NCBI GenBank assembly: GCA_026986575.1
Contig: JALSOH010000004.1
Span: 480,001 to 544,000, forward strand
Source of the DNA: Thermoproteota archaeon
GTDB lineage: Archaea > Korarchaeota > Korarchaeia > Korarchaeales > Korarchaeaceae
Reading direction: 5' to 3'
DNA: 64,000 nt
The notes beneath the pieces are model-generated. The model searched no databases. It worked only from the letters and a program-made list of their open reading frames with translations, and was not told the origin of the DNA. Both the position numbers and the translations under genes were made by a program. Shown here one piece after another: positions 39,430-48,945 of this stretch (position 1 is the first letter of the stretch; each line of letters begins with the position of its first letter).

Positions 39430-39636
39430 GTGCCAACCACCATTACCATCAGTAGGAGAACGAAGGATCTGCTGGCTAGATTGAAGAGGGATAAGACATG
39501 GGATGAATTCCTTACGGAGCTCGCTCATAACTACAGGAAGACGAAGGCCCGTAAGGCCCTAGAACAGCTGAGGAAGATAGAATTTGACTCTACTTACGAG
39601 GAGGTGAGGCTCAAATTACGATTGATGGAGTCCTGA
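39430..39636 (+). CDS. VapB-like antitoxin
   Basis: TTITISRRTKDLLARLKRDKTWDEFL (RHH-like); overlaps the PIN gene; likely start GTG 39430. Confidence 0.78.
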   Translation: MPTTITISRRTKDLLARLKRDKTWDEFLTELAHNYRKTKARKALEQLRKIEFDSTYEEVRLKLRLMES

Positions 39637-39980
39637 TCGACACGGACATGCTCATCGAGGTCGACAGGGAGAGGGAGGACCTGCCTGATGCTCCATGTTT
39701 CATCTCTGTTGTGAGCTTATACGAGTTCGTGAGAGGCAAGGTGGATCCTTATAGGGCAAAGTTTCTCGTGGAGGAAATTTGCGGCGTGGTGCCCTTGGAT
39801 AACGAGGTGATCTCGAAAGCAGTTGAGATATGGAGAAGTCTCAGAAGTAGTGGGGTCCTTATAGATGACAGGGATCTGCTAATCGGGGCCACGGCAATAG
39901 CCAAGGGGCTGCCCCTGTGGACAGGAAATGCCAGACATTTCGAGAGGCTGGTCAGGTACGGGTTGAGGCTGTGGAGGTAG
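39615..39980 (+). CDS. vapC: VapC PIN-domain toxin
   Basis: VLIDTD (upstream of the ORF-track ATG 39648), SLYE, DLLIGATA and TGNARHF motifs; start placed at ATT 39615 after GGAGGTGA. Confidence 0.85.
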   Translation: MTIDGVLIDTDMLIEVDREREDLPDAPCFISVVSLYEFVRGKVDPYRAKFLVEEICGVVPLDNEVISKAVEIWRSLRSSGVLIDDRDLLIGATAIAKGLPLWTGNARHFERLVRYGLRLWR

Positions 39981-40059
39981 GACCCCGCGCAATGCAGAAC
40001 CTCCCAAGTGAGGGGCTGAACCTCTCATAGGTACCGCCTAAGACCACCTCCTTACAATA
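39744..40059 (+). repeat. Diverged direct repeat, copy 2
   Basis: Homologous to 34985-35304. Confidence 0.85.
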
Positions 40060-40261
40060 GCAGCTTTTTTCAGCCACTCGGGGCCTGAGAGTAGCTGTTC
40101 AAGCTCCTCTTGAGTAGTGGTACTAAGGAGTTGTAAAATGCCATGAAGCCGTGAGGCCTTCCCAGCCGTGTTGAGCAGGTAGTGTCTGCTGTGAATAGAC
40201 GTCGGACCCCTTAAGCCTGTCCTTTAATTTCTCCTGTCCTCGCTAAACTCATCAACTCAAA

Positions 40262-40852
40262 TCCCCTTATAATCGCCCATCCAGAGTTTTCTCGCCAAAA
40301 TACGCGATACTACAGTCCCTTGATCTTAATGAACTCACTTACACGGGTCCACAATACTCATTGAGTGATCTGGAGAGACATACTAGGGCCATCCTATCGA
40401 GGGATCCCATCCCCTTGGCGAAGGACATCATGACCGCAGGTGAGGTCCCTAGGGAGAACGACTTCGAGTTGGTGACGGGATTCTATAAGGTAGAGGATGG
40501 GAAGTTCGTGACAGACGACCTCCAAGATGATCAAGCCCTAGTGGTTAAGATGAGGGACGGGCTGGTGATCCTGCTGGGTTGTGGCCATAGTGGAGTGGTG
40601 AACACGATAGCGAGGGCCATCTCCCTCACGGGGGAGGATAGGATAAAGGCTATCATAGGAGGATTCCACCTGATCGACGCCAGTGACGAGAGGATAGAGA
40701 GGACAGTCGAGGCTTTGAGAGAGTACAATCCGGAGATACTCGTTCCAATGCACTGCACCAGTTTCAGGGCCAAATCCAAACTTGCGTCTCAGCTGAGGGA
40801 CAGTTTCAGGGAGTTGTACGCTGGGGAGAGCTTAGAGATATCCTCCCACTGA
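40262..40852 (+). pseudogene. C-terminal fragment of the MBL-fold hydrolase (COG1237-like)
   Basis: PLIIAHP (frameshifted), then GEVPR, DDQALV, GCGHSGVVN, IGGFHL and PMHCT; the HxHxDH segment is absent. Confidence 0.8.
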
Positions 40853-40909
40853 CTCGAACCCACCGACAGCTAGTTTAATATCTGTCCTGATACGGCGCTC
40901 GGGGGTAGC

Positions 40910-42436
40910 TTGACCCGGATATCGGACGGGGAACCTCTCGTGAGGATGGAAGGGATAGTGAAGAGGTTCCCCGGCGTCTTAGCGAACGATCATGTCGATT
41001 TTGAGCTACTTCCCGGGGAAATGCATGCTCTCTTGGGTGAGAATGGAGCCGGGAAGACGACTCTCATGAACATACTCTACGGCATATACCAGCCGGATGA
41101 GGGACAAATTTTCGTTAAGGGGAAGGGAGTTAGGATACGAAGCCCCAAGGATGCGATAAGGCTGGGAATAGGGATGGTGCACCAGCACTTCCTCTTGGTG
41201 GACAAGCACACCGTGGCCGAGAACCTAGCCATGGGCTATGCTAGGAGCTTCCTCAATCCCCTGAAAGAGGTAAAGGCTAGGATAAGGGATTTCGCAGAGA
41301 AATACGGAATACAGGTGGATCCCGATGCCTACATTTGGCAACTCTCGGTGGGGGAGCAACAAAGAGTGGAGATAGTGAAGGCCCTCTATGCAGGGGCGGA
41401 CATCCTCATCTTGGATGAGCCCACCTCGGTTCTCACGCCCCAAGAGGCTAGAGACCTATTCAATGTGCTCAGGAGGATGAAGGAAGACGGAAAGGGCATA
41501 GTCTTCATCACACACAAGCTCTCAGAGGTCTTCGAGGTAGCGGACAGGGTTACGGTCATGAGGAAAGGGAGAGTAGTCGGCACGCTCAGGGTGGAGGAGG
41601 CGACCAAGGAATCGCTGGCTAGGATGATGGTAGGGAGGGATGTGGTCTTCGAGCTGGAGAAAGTCCCTGGCAAGCTAGGGAGACCTGTCCTCGAGGTTAA
41701 GGACCTCGTCGTCCTAGGTGATAGGGGAAGAGAGGCCGTCAAGGGTGTCAGCTTCGATGTGAGAGAGGGCGAGATATTCGGCATCGCTGGAGTGGCAGGT
41801 AACGGGCAGAGAGAGCTGGTACAGGCCATAGTGGGATTGAGGAGGGTGAAATCCGGATCTGTGAGGGTGATGGAGGTGGATGCTACCAATAAGTCGCCTC
41901 GAGAGATCGCCGAGCTGGGCATCGGACACATTCCAGAGGAGAGGCTCAAGTTCGGCATAGTCCCTGACATGAGCGTCGCGGAGAACTCCGTGCTGAAGAG
42001 CTACTACAAGCCACCATACAGGAGAGGTCCGTTACTTGACTACGGCGAGATAAGGAAGACTGCCGAGTCTCTCATAAACGAGTACAAGATAGCCGTCCCT
42101 TCACCGGACACGCAGGCCAGGCTCCTCTCAGGAGGTAACATGCAGAAGCTCATAGTGGGGAGAGAGATAAGGAGGGACCCCAAACTCATCGTGGCCTCCA
42201 ACCCGACCTTCGGCTTAGATGTAGGAGCCACAGAATACATAAGAAAACTCCTTATCAGGAAGAGGGATGAGGGAAGAGCTATTCTCCTAATATCGGGCGA
42301 CTTGGACGAGATATTTCAGCTCAGCGATCGAATAGCCGTGATGTTCGAGGGAAGGTTCGTGGGAGTAGTCAGGCCGGAAGAGGTGACGAGGGAGGAGGTC
42401 GGTCTCATGATGTCCGGATCGGAGGTGCTCTCATGA
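40910..42436 (+). CDS. Nucleoside/sugar ABC transporter ATP-binding protein (tandem NBD)
   Basis: GENGAGKT, LSVGEQQRVEI, GVAGNGQ and LSGGNMQK motifs. Confidence 0.93.
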   Translation: MTRISDGEPLVRMEGIVKRFPGVLANDHVDFELLPGEMHALLGENGAGKTTLMNILYGIYQPDEGQIFVKGKGVRIRSPKDAIRLGIGMVHQHFLLVDKHTVAENLAMGYARSFLNPLKEVKARIRDFAEKYGIQVDPDAYIWQLSVGEQQRVEIVKALYAGADILILDEPTSVLTPQEARDLFNVLRRMKEDGKGIVFITHKLSEVFEVADRVTVMRKGRVVGTLRVEEATKESLARMMVGRDVVFELEKVPGKLGRPVLEVKDLVVLGDRGREAVKGVSFDVREGEIFGIAGVAGNGQRELVQAIVGLRRVKSGSVRVMEVDATNKSPREIAELGIGHIPEERLKFGIVPDMSVAENSVLKSYYKPPYRRGPLLDYGEIRKTAESLINEYKIAVPSPDTQARLLSGGNMQKLIVGREIRRDPKLIVASNPTFGLDVGATEYIRKLLIRKRDEGRAILLISGDLDEIFQLSDRIAVMFEGRFVGVVRPEEVTREEVGLMMSGSEVLS

Positions 42437-43506
42437 GGTTGAGAGTGATCAAGAGGATCGAAACGAGCAGAAAGACCGTGATACTTGTGAGGATACTATC
42501 TGTTTTCGCTGCCCTGACGACGGCCTCGATCGTCTTCCTAGTTTACGGCCTAGATCCAGTGGACGTATACTCCTCCATATTCTATAACGCGTTCGCGACC
42601 CGCATAGGCGTGACTGAATCGGTTGTTAGAATGATCCCCCTACTCTTGGTGAGCTCTGGCCTCGCCCTAGTGTTCAGGACCGGGTTCTGGAATATAGGAG
42701 CTGAGGGCCAGCTGCTGGCGGGGGCGATGGCCGCTTACGTGATAGCAGTGAATTACGGATCCCTCCCGTCAGCGTTGCTCATCCCCATACTCTTCTCCGT
42801 CGGGTTTGCCGCTGGAGCTGCTTGGGGTATACCACCAGCGATCCTGAAGGCCAAGCTCAACGTGAACGAGGTCATCTCCACCCTCATGCTGTACTATGTC
42901 CTGTATTGGGTGTTCCAGCACCTCATCCATGGACCTTGGAAGGCCAAGGAGAAGGTCGGACAGCTAACTTACGGCGGCTTCGCTCACACAGAAGTGATAC
43001 CGGAAGCATCCCATCTCCCCCTGATAGATGGCACGAGGATCCACTGGCCCACCCTCATGATAGCCGTGATCACCTCCATCTTGGCCTACCTGCTCCTGAC
43101 GAAGACCCCTTGGGGGTTCGAGATGAGGGCCATGGGAAGTAATCCCGATGCCGCCGCGGCGGCTGGCATGAGCTACATGAGGACCGTGGTTCTGGCCATG
43201 GTGGTGAGCGGTGGCTTGGCAGGGATCGCGGGAGTGGGAGAGCTTTGCGGCGTACAGAAGAGGTTCACCCCAGAGTTCCTCTCCGGATACGGGTTTTCCG
43301 GAATAATAACCGCCTGGCTGGGGGGTAACAATCCTCTAAGCCTGATCGTGACGAATTTCCTCTATGGAGGCCTTTTAGTCGGTGGAGAATACATAATGAT
43401 AACGTACAGGCTTCCCATAGGGGTAGTGGACCTCTTCAATGGGATAATACTGTTCTTCGTCCTCGCTGGCGAGTTTCTGGTGAGGTACAGGGTGGTGAGG
43501 GGATGA
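42433..43506 (+). CDS. Nucleoside ABC transporter permease
   Basis: WNIGAEGQ, NEVISTLM and GFEMRAMGSN motifs. Confidence 0.9.
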   Translation: MRLRVIKRIETSRKTVILVRILSVFAALTTASIVFLVYGLDPVDVYSSIFYNAFATRIGVTESVVRMIPLLLVSSGLALVFRTGFWNIGAEGQLLAGAMAAYVIAVNYGSLPSALLIPILFSVGFAAGAAWGIPPAILKAKLNVNEVISTLMLYYVLYWVFQHLIHGPWKAKEKVGQLTYGGFAHTEVIPEASHLPLIDGTRIHWPTLMIAVITSILAYLLLTKTPWGFEMRAMGSNPDAAAAAGMSYMRTVVLAMVVSGGLAGIAGVGELCGVQKRFTPEFLSGYGFSGIITAWLGGNNPLSLIVTNFLYGGLLVGGEYIMITYRLPIGVVDLFNGIILFFVLAGEFLVRYRVVRG

Positions 43507-44438
43507 TCGAGGTCAAGCTAACCGAGAATATCCTCTGGATAGGCCTGAGATCAGCGACGCCCCTCCTCCTCGCAGCATTAGGTGAGATATACGCGGAGAG
43601 ATCCGGAATTCTGAACTTGGGTGTCGAGGGAATGATGGCAGTGGGCGCTCTGAGCTCCTTCGCGACCGCCCTAGTCACTGGGAACCCGTGGTTAGGAGTT
43701 CTGGTAGGAATGCTCTCCGGAGGCTTGCTAGCGATGATACATGGAGCCATAAGCATTGGACTCAAGGGAAATCAGGTGGTTTCGGGGCTTGCCCTGACCA
43801 TGTTTGGCCTAGGACTCAGCAGCGTCCTCGGAAGGGTTTATGTGGGGAACCAGCTACCGGTGGAGGCGAGGTTCCTTCCGAAACCCGTGGAACCACTATC
43901 GTCCATTCCGGTACTGGGGAAGGTGCTCTTCGACCAAGATCCCCTCTTCTATATCTCCCTGCTTCTGGCCCTGATCATGTGGTTCCTCCTCTACAGGACG
44001 AAGTACGGGATAGTCATAAGGTCCACCGGGGAGAACCCGGCTGCAGTTGACGCGATGGGCATAAATGTGAACAGAGTCAGGTACTTAAGCACCCTAATTG
44101 GGGGGATACTCGCAGGTCTCGCCGGCGCCTACCTATCGGTCGCGTATAATCCAGCTTGGATAGAGAACATGACTGCAGGGAGGGGGTGGATAGCTCTGGC
44201 ACTCGTGATATTCTCACTTTGGGATCCTCTTAGAGCCCTCTTGGGCTCTTATCTGTTTGGCGTCGTGGAGGCGAGTGGTTACACGCTGCAGGCCTATGGT
44301 TACAGCCAATGGCTTCTAAACGGACTTCCCTACCTTCTGACTGTAATAATACTGACTCTGGGAGCTACTGAATCCGTGAGGAGGAGAATGGGGGCTCCTG
44401 CAGCATTGGGCAAACCGTACGAAAGAGAAGAGAGGTAA
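43503..44438 (+). CDS. Nucleoside ABC transporter permease
   Basis: ERSGILNLGVEG, GENPAA, GRGWIALA and PAALGKPY motifs. Confidence 0.9.
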   Translation: MIEVKLTENILWIGLRSATPLLLAALGEIYAERSGILNLGVEGMMAVGALSSFATALVTGNPWLGVLVGMLSGGLLAMIHGAISIGLKGNQVVSGLALTMFGLGLSSVLGRVYVGNQLPVEARFLPKPVEPLSSIPVLGKVLFDQDPLFYISLLLALIMWFLLYRTKYGIVIRSTGENPAAVDAMGINVNRVRYLSTLIGGILAGLAGAYLSVAYNPAWIENMTAGRGWIALALVIFSLWDPLRALLGSYLFGVVEASGYTLQAYGYSQWLLNGLPYLLTVIILTLGATESVRRRMGAPAALGKPYEREER

Positions 44439-44439
44439 A

Positions 44440-44498
44440 TAGGAGAGGCTCGCGACCCCCCCATGAGGTTCAAGCCCTCTACCCGCGGGCCTCTCCTA
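44440..44498 (+). other. 15-bp stem-loop between the permease and binding-protein genes
   Basis: TAGGAGAGGCTCGCG pairs with CGCGGGCCTCTCCTA (one G-U pair) around a loop of about 29 nt. Confidence 0.6.
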
Positions 44499-44632
44499 GG
44501 CCACCGCCCACGGCAGCCTCCTACTCCATTCACCTCTTATTTGAAAACTTTTCGGTGCAGGTGAAACGGCTGGGTCATCTTTATGTAATGCCAGCTGGCC
44601 TCAGCCACAACACCCCCCATGAGGTAGTTAGT

Positions 44633-45958
44633 ATGACCTCTACCCAGTGGGCCGCGATAGCGGTAATACTCCTTATTCTGGGCCTGATCGCGGGTTATTT
44701 TGCTGCTCCGAGTCGGGTCACCACGGTCACCAAGACCGTGACTGTGGGGGCCACGGGAGCGCCCGCCAAGACGGTCACGGTAACCCAGACCAAGACCGTC
44801 TCGCCAGAGGGCAGGAAGATAAGGGCCGCTTGGATATACGTGGGGCCGATAGGTGACATAGGCTGGACCTACGCCCACCATCAGGCGAAGGAGATGGTGG
44901 ACAAGAAGTACGACTGGCTTGAAACGACTCATGTGGAGTCAGTAGCTCCTGCCGATGCCGCTGGCGTGATAGAACAGCTCATCTCTCAGGGTTACGATGT
45001 CATCTTCACTACGAGCTTCGACTTCATGGATCCGACACTGGAAGAGGCCCAGAAGCATCCGGATAAGATATTCTGGCACTGCTCTGGGTACAAGAGAGCC
45101 CCCAACATGGGTACTTACTTCGCGGACTTCTACCAAGTCTACTACCTGAACGGTCTCATGGCCGGAGCCCTGACCAAGACCAAGAAGATAGGTTATGTTG
45201 CGGCGCACCTGATACCCGAGGTCGTCAGGCACATAAACGCCTTCTCCTTAGGAGTTAAAGAGGTCTGCGGGGACTGCAAGGTATACGTCAGGGAGATAGG
45301 AGCTTGGTACGATCCCACAAAGGCCAGACAGGCAGCGGAGTCCCTGATATCTGAAGGCGTGGACGTGCTCGCGTTCACGGAAGACTCACCGACTGTCGTT
45401 CAGGTGGCTGAGGAACACTTCCAGAGGGGAGAGCGCGTTCTCGCCTTCGGTCACTACAGCCCCATGGAGAAGTTCGGGAAGGATGTTTGCGTCAGCGGTC
45501 AGCTCGTCCATTGGGAGGTGATATACGATGACATCCTGAGCAAGATTTACGCTGGCTCCTACACACCCAAGAACCTCCAAGATATCGATTACTGGTGGAA
45601 GCTGAAGGAAGGAGCTGTAGAGCTCGGCTGTGCCTACAACCAACCGGTCAATCCCAAGTTCATTGACGAGTTGAGGTCCATTAAGGTGAATGAGAAGATC
45701 CAGCTTCCGAACGGTACAGTGATAGAGAATCCAGACGTTTACACGCTCGTCATGGCGAGGCTCGTGCAGATGGGTGCCGTTTGGACCGGTAAGAAGTGGG
45801 TGTTCGTTAACGACGAGACATTCGACCCGTTTACCGGACCGATATACGATAACGAGGGCAAGTTGAGGGTGCTCCCCGGGCAGAGGATAGGCCACGATGA
45901 GCTCTGGTCCATGCAGTGGTGGGTGGATAATATAGTAGGTCCATCGTTGGGAGGCTAA
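44633..45958 (+). CDS. BMP-family (purine nucleoside) ABC substrate-binding protein
   Basis: N-terminal TM and Thr-rich linker; YVGPIGDIGWTYAH, TTSFDF, YLNGLMAG, PEVVRHINAF and WYDP motifs; likely start ATG 44633. Confidence 0.9.
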   Translation: MTSTQWAAIAVILLILGLIAGYFAAPSRVTTVTKTVTVGATGAPAKTVTVTQTKTVSPEGRKIRAAWIYVGPIGDIGWTYAHHQAKEMVDKKYDWLETTHVESVAPADAAGVIEQLISQGYDVIFTTSFDFMDPTLEEAQKHPDKIFWHCSGYKRAPNMGTYFADFYQVYYLNGLMAGALTKTKKIGYVAAHLIPEVVRHINAFSLGVKEVCGDCKVYVREIGAWYDPTKARQAAESLISEGVDVLAFTEDSPTVVQVAEEHFQRGERVLAFGHYSPMEKFGKDVCVSGQLVHWEVIYDDILSKIYAGSYTPKNLQDIDYWWKLKEGAVELGCAYNQPVNPKFIDELRSIKVNEKIQLPNGTVIENPDVYTLVMARLVQMGAVWTGKKWVFVNDETFDPFTGPIYDNEGKLRVLPGQRIGHDELWSMQWWVDNIVGPSLGG

Positions 45959-45961
45959 GCA

Positions 45962-46001
45962 CTTTCTCCCCTCTTTCCTCTCCCCTTTTCTTCCTCTTTT
46001 T
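45962..46001 (+). terminator. Long oligo-pyrimidine terminator
   Basis: 40-nt C/T-only tract ending in TTTTT right after the stop codon. Confidence 0.55.
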
Positions 46002-46008
46002 GAAGGGA

Positions 46009-46881
46009 TTAGATCTCCTTCCTCATCCACTTGTACCTGCTTACCGGCTCGAAGCCAGCGGCCTCGAATGCCGCCCTGTACCTGCACCAAGTCTGCGTAA
46101 CTACCTTGGGCACACCCATTTCATTGGCGAGGGTAACCGCCATCTCAGCAGAGTCAAATATCTGACCGAGACTGGCCCTCTTCGGTCCCCATATCAAGGC
46201 ATAAAGGTGATCATCATCCCTAGTAGGCTGGAACATCGCGAGGATGAGTTGCCACAGTCCCACCCTGACCTTCACGACTCTCGGCGAGGGGAGACCCACA
46301 CTCTCCCTGTCCCACAGTAGCTCCCAAAGGAGGGATGATGGCCTCGTCTGTCCAGCGATCATCTGGGCGGCAGCGGGGAACTCCTCCCTTGTAGCGTTCT
46401 CTAACTTGGGCTGCTCGGGTGCAGGTCTCGCTGGCGCTTCCATGAGCACCTGAGAATCGATCTCCCTGAATCCTAGATTTTCGAAGAAGGGAAGGGCCTC
46501 GGCGGTCGGTATCGTGTCCAAGTGACGCATTCCCATTTCCCTAGCTAGATCCACACACCTCTCAACGAGCTTCCTTCCTACGCCAGTCCTCCTCGCCTCC
46601 TCCTTGACCCAGACCATCTGCAGATATGCGTGCTCTCCTACTGGTGTGAGGAACCTCTCCGGTACGACCTCAGCTTCACCGAGTACCTTTTCATCGGATA
46701 AGGCGACCACTGCCTTGCCACCGGACGAGTAGAGGGCCTCCAAGTACCACCCAAATACTTGGGGATCACCCCAGTACCCGCACTCCTTGATCCGGAGATC
46801 GAAGGTCATATCCTCCCAGTTAGGGCAGTGAATCGAGACGACTTCATCCAACAAATCGTGACTGAGCTCAACTATCTCCAA
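46009..46881 (-). CDS. GNAT family N-acetyltransferase (probably tandem domains)
   Basis: VWVKEEARRTGVGRKLV acetyl-CoA motif and ALPFFENLGF; a second degenerate domain ends in FEAAGF. Confidence 0.82.
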   Translation of the reverse strand: MEIVELSHDLLDEVVSIHCPNWEDMTFDLRIKECGYWGDPQVFGWYLEALYSSGGKAVVALSDEKVLGEAEVVPERFLTPVGEHAYLQMVWVKEEARRTGVGRKLVERCVDLAREMGMRHLDTIPTAEALPFFENLGFREIDSQVLMEAPARPAPEQPKLENATREEFPAAAQMIAGQTRPSSLLWELLWDRESVGLPSPRVVKVRVGLWQLILAMFQPTRDDDHLYALIWGPKRASLGQIFDSAEMAVTLANEMGVPKVVTQTWCRYRAAFEAAGFEPVSRYKWMRKEI

Positions 46882-47642
46882 GAGGGATCCTCCTCCACCA
46901 GCCAGGCGAGCTCCCTGAAGATCTCTCCCGCCGGCCCTCTCAACCTGATGTTCGCTAAGCTACTTAAATTAGTTTCCTCAGGATTCACTTCCACCAGTAT
47001 CTTCCCTTGCCTCGCCGCGTTGATGGGTAACAGGGCTGCGGGCATGACCATACCACTAGTTCCTACGATGAGGATGACTTCTGCCTCAAGGAAGAGCCTC
47101 TCTGCTCTCTCGAACTGGTCCATCGGGACGGGCTCCTCGAACCACACCACATCAGGCCTAAGAAGTCCCCCACACTCTCTACACCTCGGTAGATCCTCTT
47201 CCGGTGTGTTTCCAAATCCTAGATCGTACCGTCTGCCGCATACAGTACACCTAGTCCTCCATATCGAACCGTGAAGCTCAATGACCAGCTTGGAGCCGGC
47301 TCTCTTGTGGAGCCCGTCCACGTTCTGGGTAACCACGCCGATGAGTATACCCTTCCTCTCCCAGTCAGCCATTACCTTGTGGGCCCAAGTTGGCTCGGCC
47401 CTCGCGATTATGGACATCCTCCACTTGTACCACTCCCAGACCCTCTTGGGGTTGGACTCGAACGCCTGGGGTGTAGCCAACTCCTCGGGCCTGTACCTGT
47501 TCCAGAGCCCGTCCTTACCCCTGAAGGTCGGGATGGCTGCCTCAGCTGAGGTCCCTGCACCGGTGAACGCTAGCACCTTTCCGGAGTGCTCCTTGATAAG
47601 GCGGGCCGCTGAAGACAGGTCCTCAGGAGCTACCTCACTCAC
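46872..47642 (-). CDS. cobB: NAD-dependent protein deacylase (Sir2/CobB)
   Basis: TGAGTS, IPTFRG, TQNVDGLH, HGS, CxxC..CxxC, RPDVVWF and GTSG motifs. Confidence 0.93.
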   Translation of the reverse strand: MSEVAPEDLSSAARLIKEHSGKVLAFTGAGTSAEAAIPTFRGKDGLWNRYRPEELATPQAFESNPKRVWEWYKWRMSIIARAEPTWAHKVMADWERKGILIGVVTQNVDGLHKRAGSKLVIELHGSIWRTRCTVCGRRYDLGFGNTPEEDLPRCRECGGLLRPDVVWFEEPVPMDQFERAERLFLEAEVILIVGTSGMVMPAALLPINAARQGKILVEVNPEETNLSSLANIRLRGPAGEIFRELAWLVEEDPSWR

Positions 47643-48945
47643 CTAACCTCACCTCCGGCGGGGAGCTGGGGTACGGTCTCACCTCTGCCTCAAGGGGACA
47701 CCCTCCCCTGCAGACTTGGAGCAGAGGGCAGGAGAGACACACATCCCCCACGAAGCGGAGCTCCCTGATCTTCAGGCACTCATCGTGATACCAGATCCTA
47801 TCCCAAGGATCCCTCAGGATGTGTCCCAGAACCTTGTAATGGCTCTGGCAAGGTATCACGGATCCATCGGGCTCCACCGCTAGGGTTATGCTGCATGCCG
47901 AGCAGAACTTCGGTCCCAGACCCTCGCTCATTGGATCCAGCTCACAGTACCGGGTCACCCCGTACCACCTGAAGTCCAAGTCCAGCTCCGTGGTGAGCTC
48001 CTTAGCCTCCGCCAACACCCCCCTCATCTCATCAAAGGAGGGCTCCAGATCTCTCAGGTCCCTACCCCTCCCACTGTATATCAGCCTGTTCAGCGAGAAT
48101 CCATCAACACCCAGATCCGCGACGAACCGGATCAGCGATTCCACCGTTTTCATGTTCCTCCTCAGGAGGGTCGCATTAACGCTCACGTAGATATTGAACT
48201 TCAGCAGGTTCTTGAGCCCCTCGACCGTCTCCTTCCAGCTCCCCTTCACTTGGGTTATAGAATCGTGAATCTCTGGATCGCTGGACTCCAAGGTCACCTG
48301 AGCGAAATCCAGTCCGGCCTCGACCAATCTCTCAACCAGCTCTCGGGTCAAGAGCCTCCCATTCGTCACTATTCCCGAGACCATCCCGAGCCTCTGAGCT
48401 TCAGCCACCAGCTCCGGGAGGTCTCTCCTGAGGGTGGGCTCTCCACCGGTGAAAGTGACTTGGGGAACCCCCAGCTCGTGGAACTTCCTTATCACGGCCT
48501 TCCACTCATCCGTGTTCAATTCCTCCCGCTCGTCGGGACTGGAGGAGTAGCAATGGATGCAGGCGTTATTGCACCTGTATGTGAGGGCCAAGTCGACCCT
48601 GAAAGGGGCACCAAGGGTTGATGGATCTGGGAAGGCCGGTTTGAACCCCAGATCGGTTACGGGATCCTCGTACCCCTCAATGAATCTCCTGAGCTTGCTA
48701 ATCACCTCCTCATAGTGCCTCCTCACCTCGTCCCTCCTCATGCCCCTGTAAATCCTCTTCAACTCCCGGTAAGCCTCATCCCATCCCTTACCTGAGAGGA
48801 AGGCCTTCGCGAAGACCGCTGCCGTGTAGTTAAGGTAAGCGACCCTCTGAGCATCTACCACGAGGGCGCCCATGGCTAGGGGATCTATGCGGAGCTGGAT
48901 CCTCCTACCATTCAATTTGAATGTCAGGGATTCCCTCTCAATCAA
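47635..48945 (-). CDS. Radical SAM/SPASM protein with N-terminal PqqD/RRE-like domain (PqqE/MftC-like maturase)
   Basis: CNNACIHC, TGGEP and TNG motifs; SPASM C..EPDGSVIPC..CLSC....CRGGC; N-terminal YLNYTA plus helical bundle. TTG start at 48945 overlaps the upstream TGA and follows GGAGGTGG. Confidence 0.9.
   Translation of the reverse strand: MIERESLTFKLNGRRIQLRIDPLAMGALVVDAQRVAYLNYTAAVFAKAFLSGKGWDEAYRELKRIYRGMRRDEVRRHYEEVISKLRRFIEGYEDPVTDLGFKPAFPDPSTLGAPFRVDLALTYRCNNACIHCYSSSPDEREELNTDEWKAVIRKFHELGVPQVTFTGGEPTLRRDLPELVAEAQRLGMVSGIVTNGRLLTRELVERLVEAGLDFAQVTLESSDPEIHDSITQVKGSWKETVEGLKNLLKFNIYVSVNATLLRRNMKTVESLIRFVADLGVDGFSLNRLIYSGRGRDLRDLEPSFDEMRGVLAEAKELTTELDLDFRWYGVTRYCELDPMSEGLGPKFCSACSITLAVEPDGSVIPCQSHYKVLGHILRDPWDRIWYHDECLKIRELRFVGDVCLSCPLLQVCRGGCPLEAEVRPYPSSPPEVRLGE

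Noticed and set aside
44720-44800. Repeated ACCAAGACCGT / VTVT units
   Set aside because: Ordinary Thr-rich linker of an archaeal substrate-binding protein, not a CRISPR or DNA repeat element
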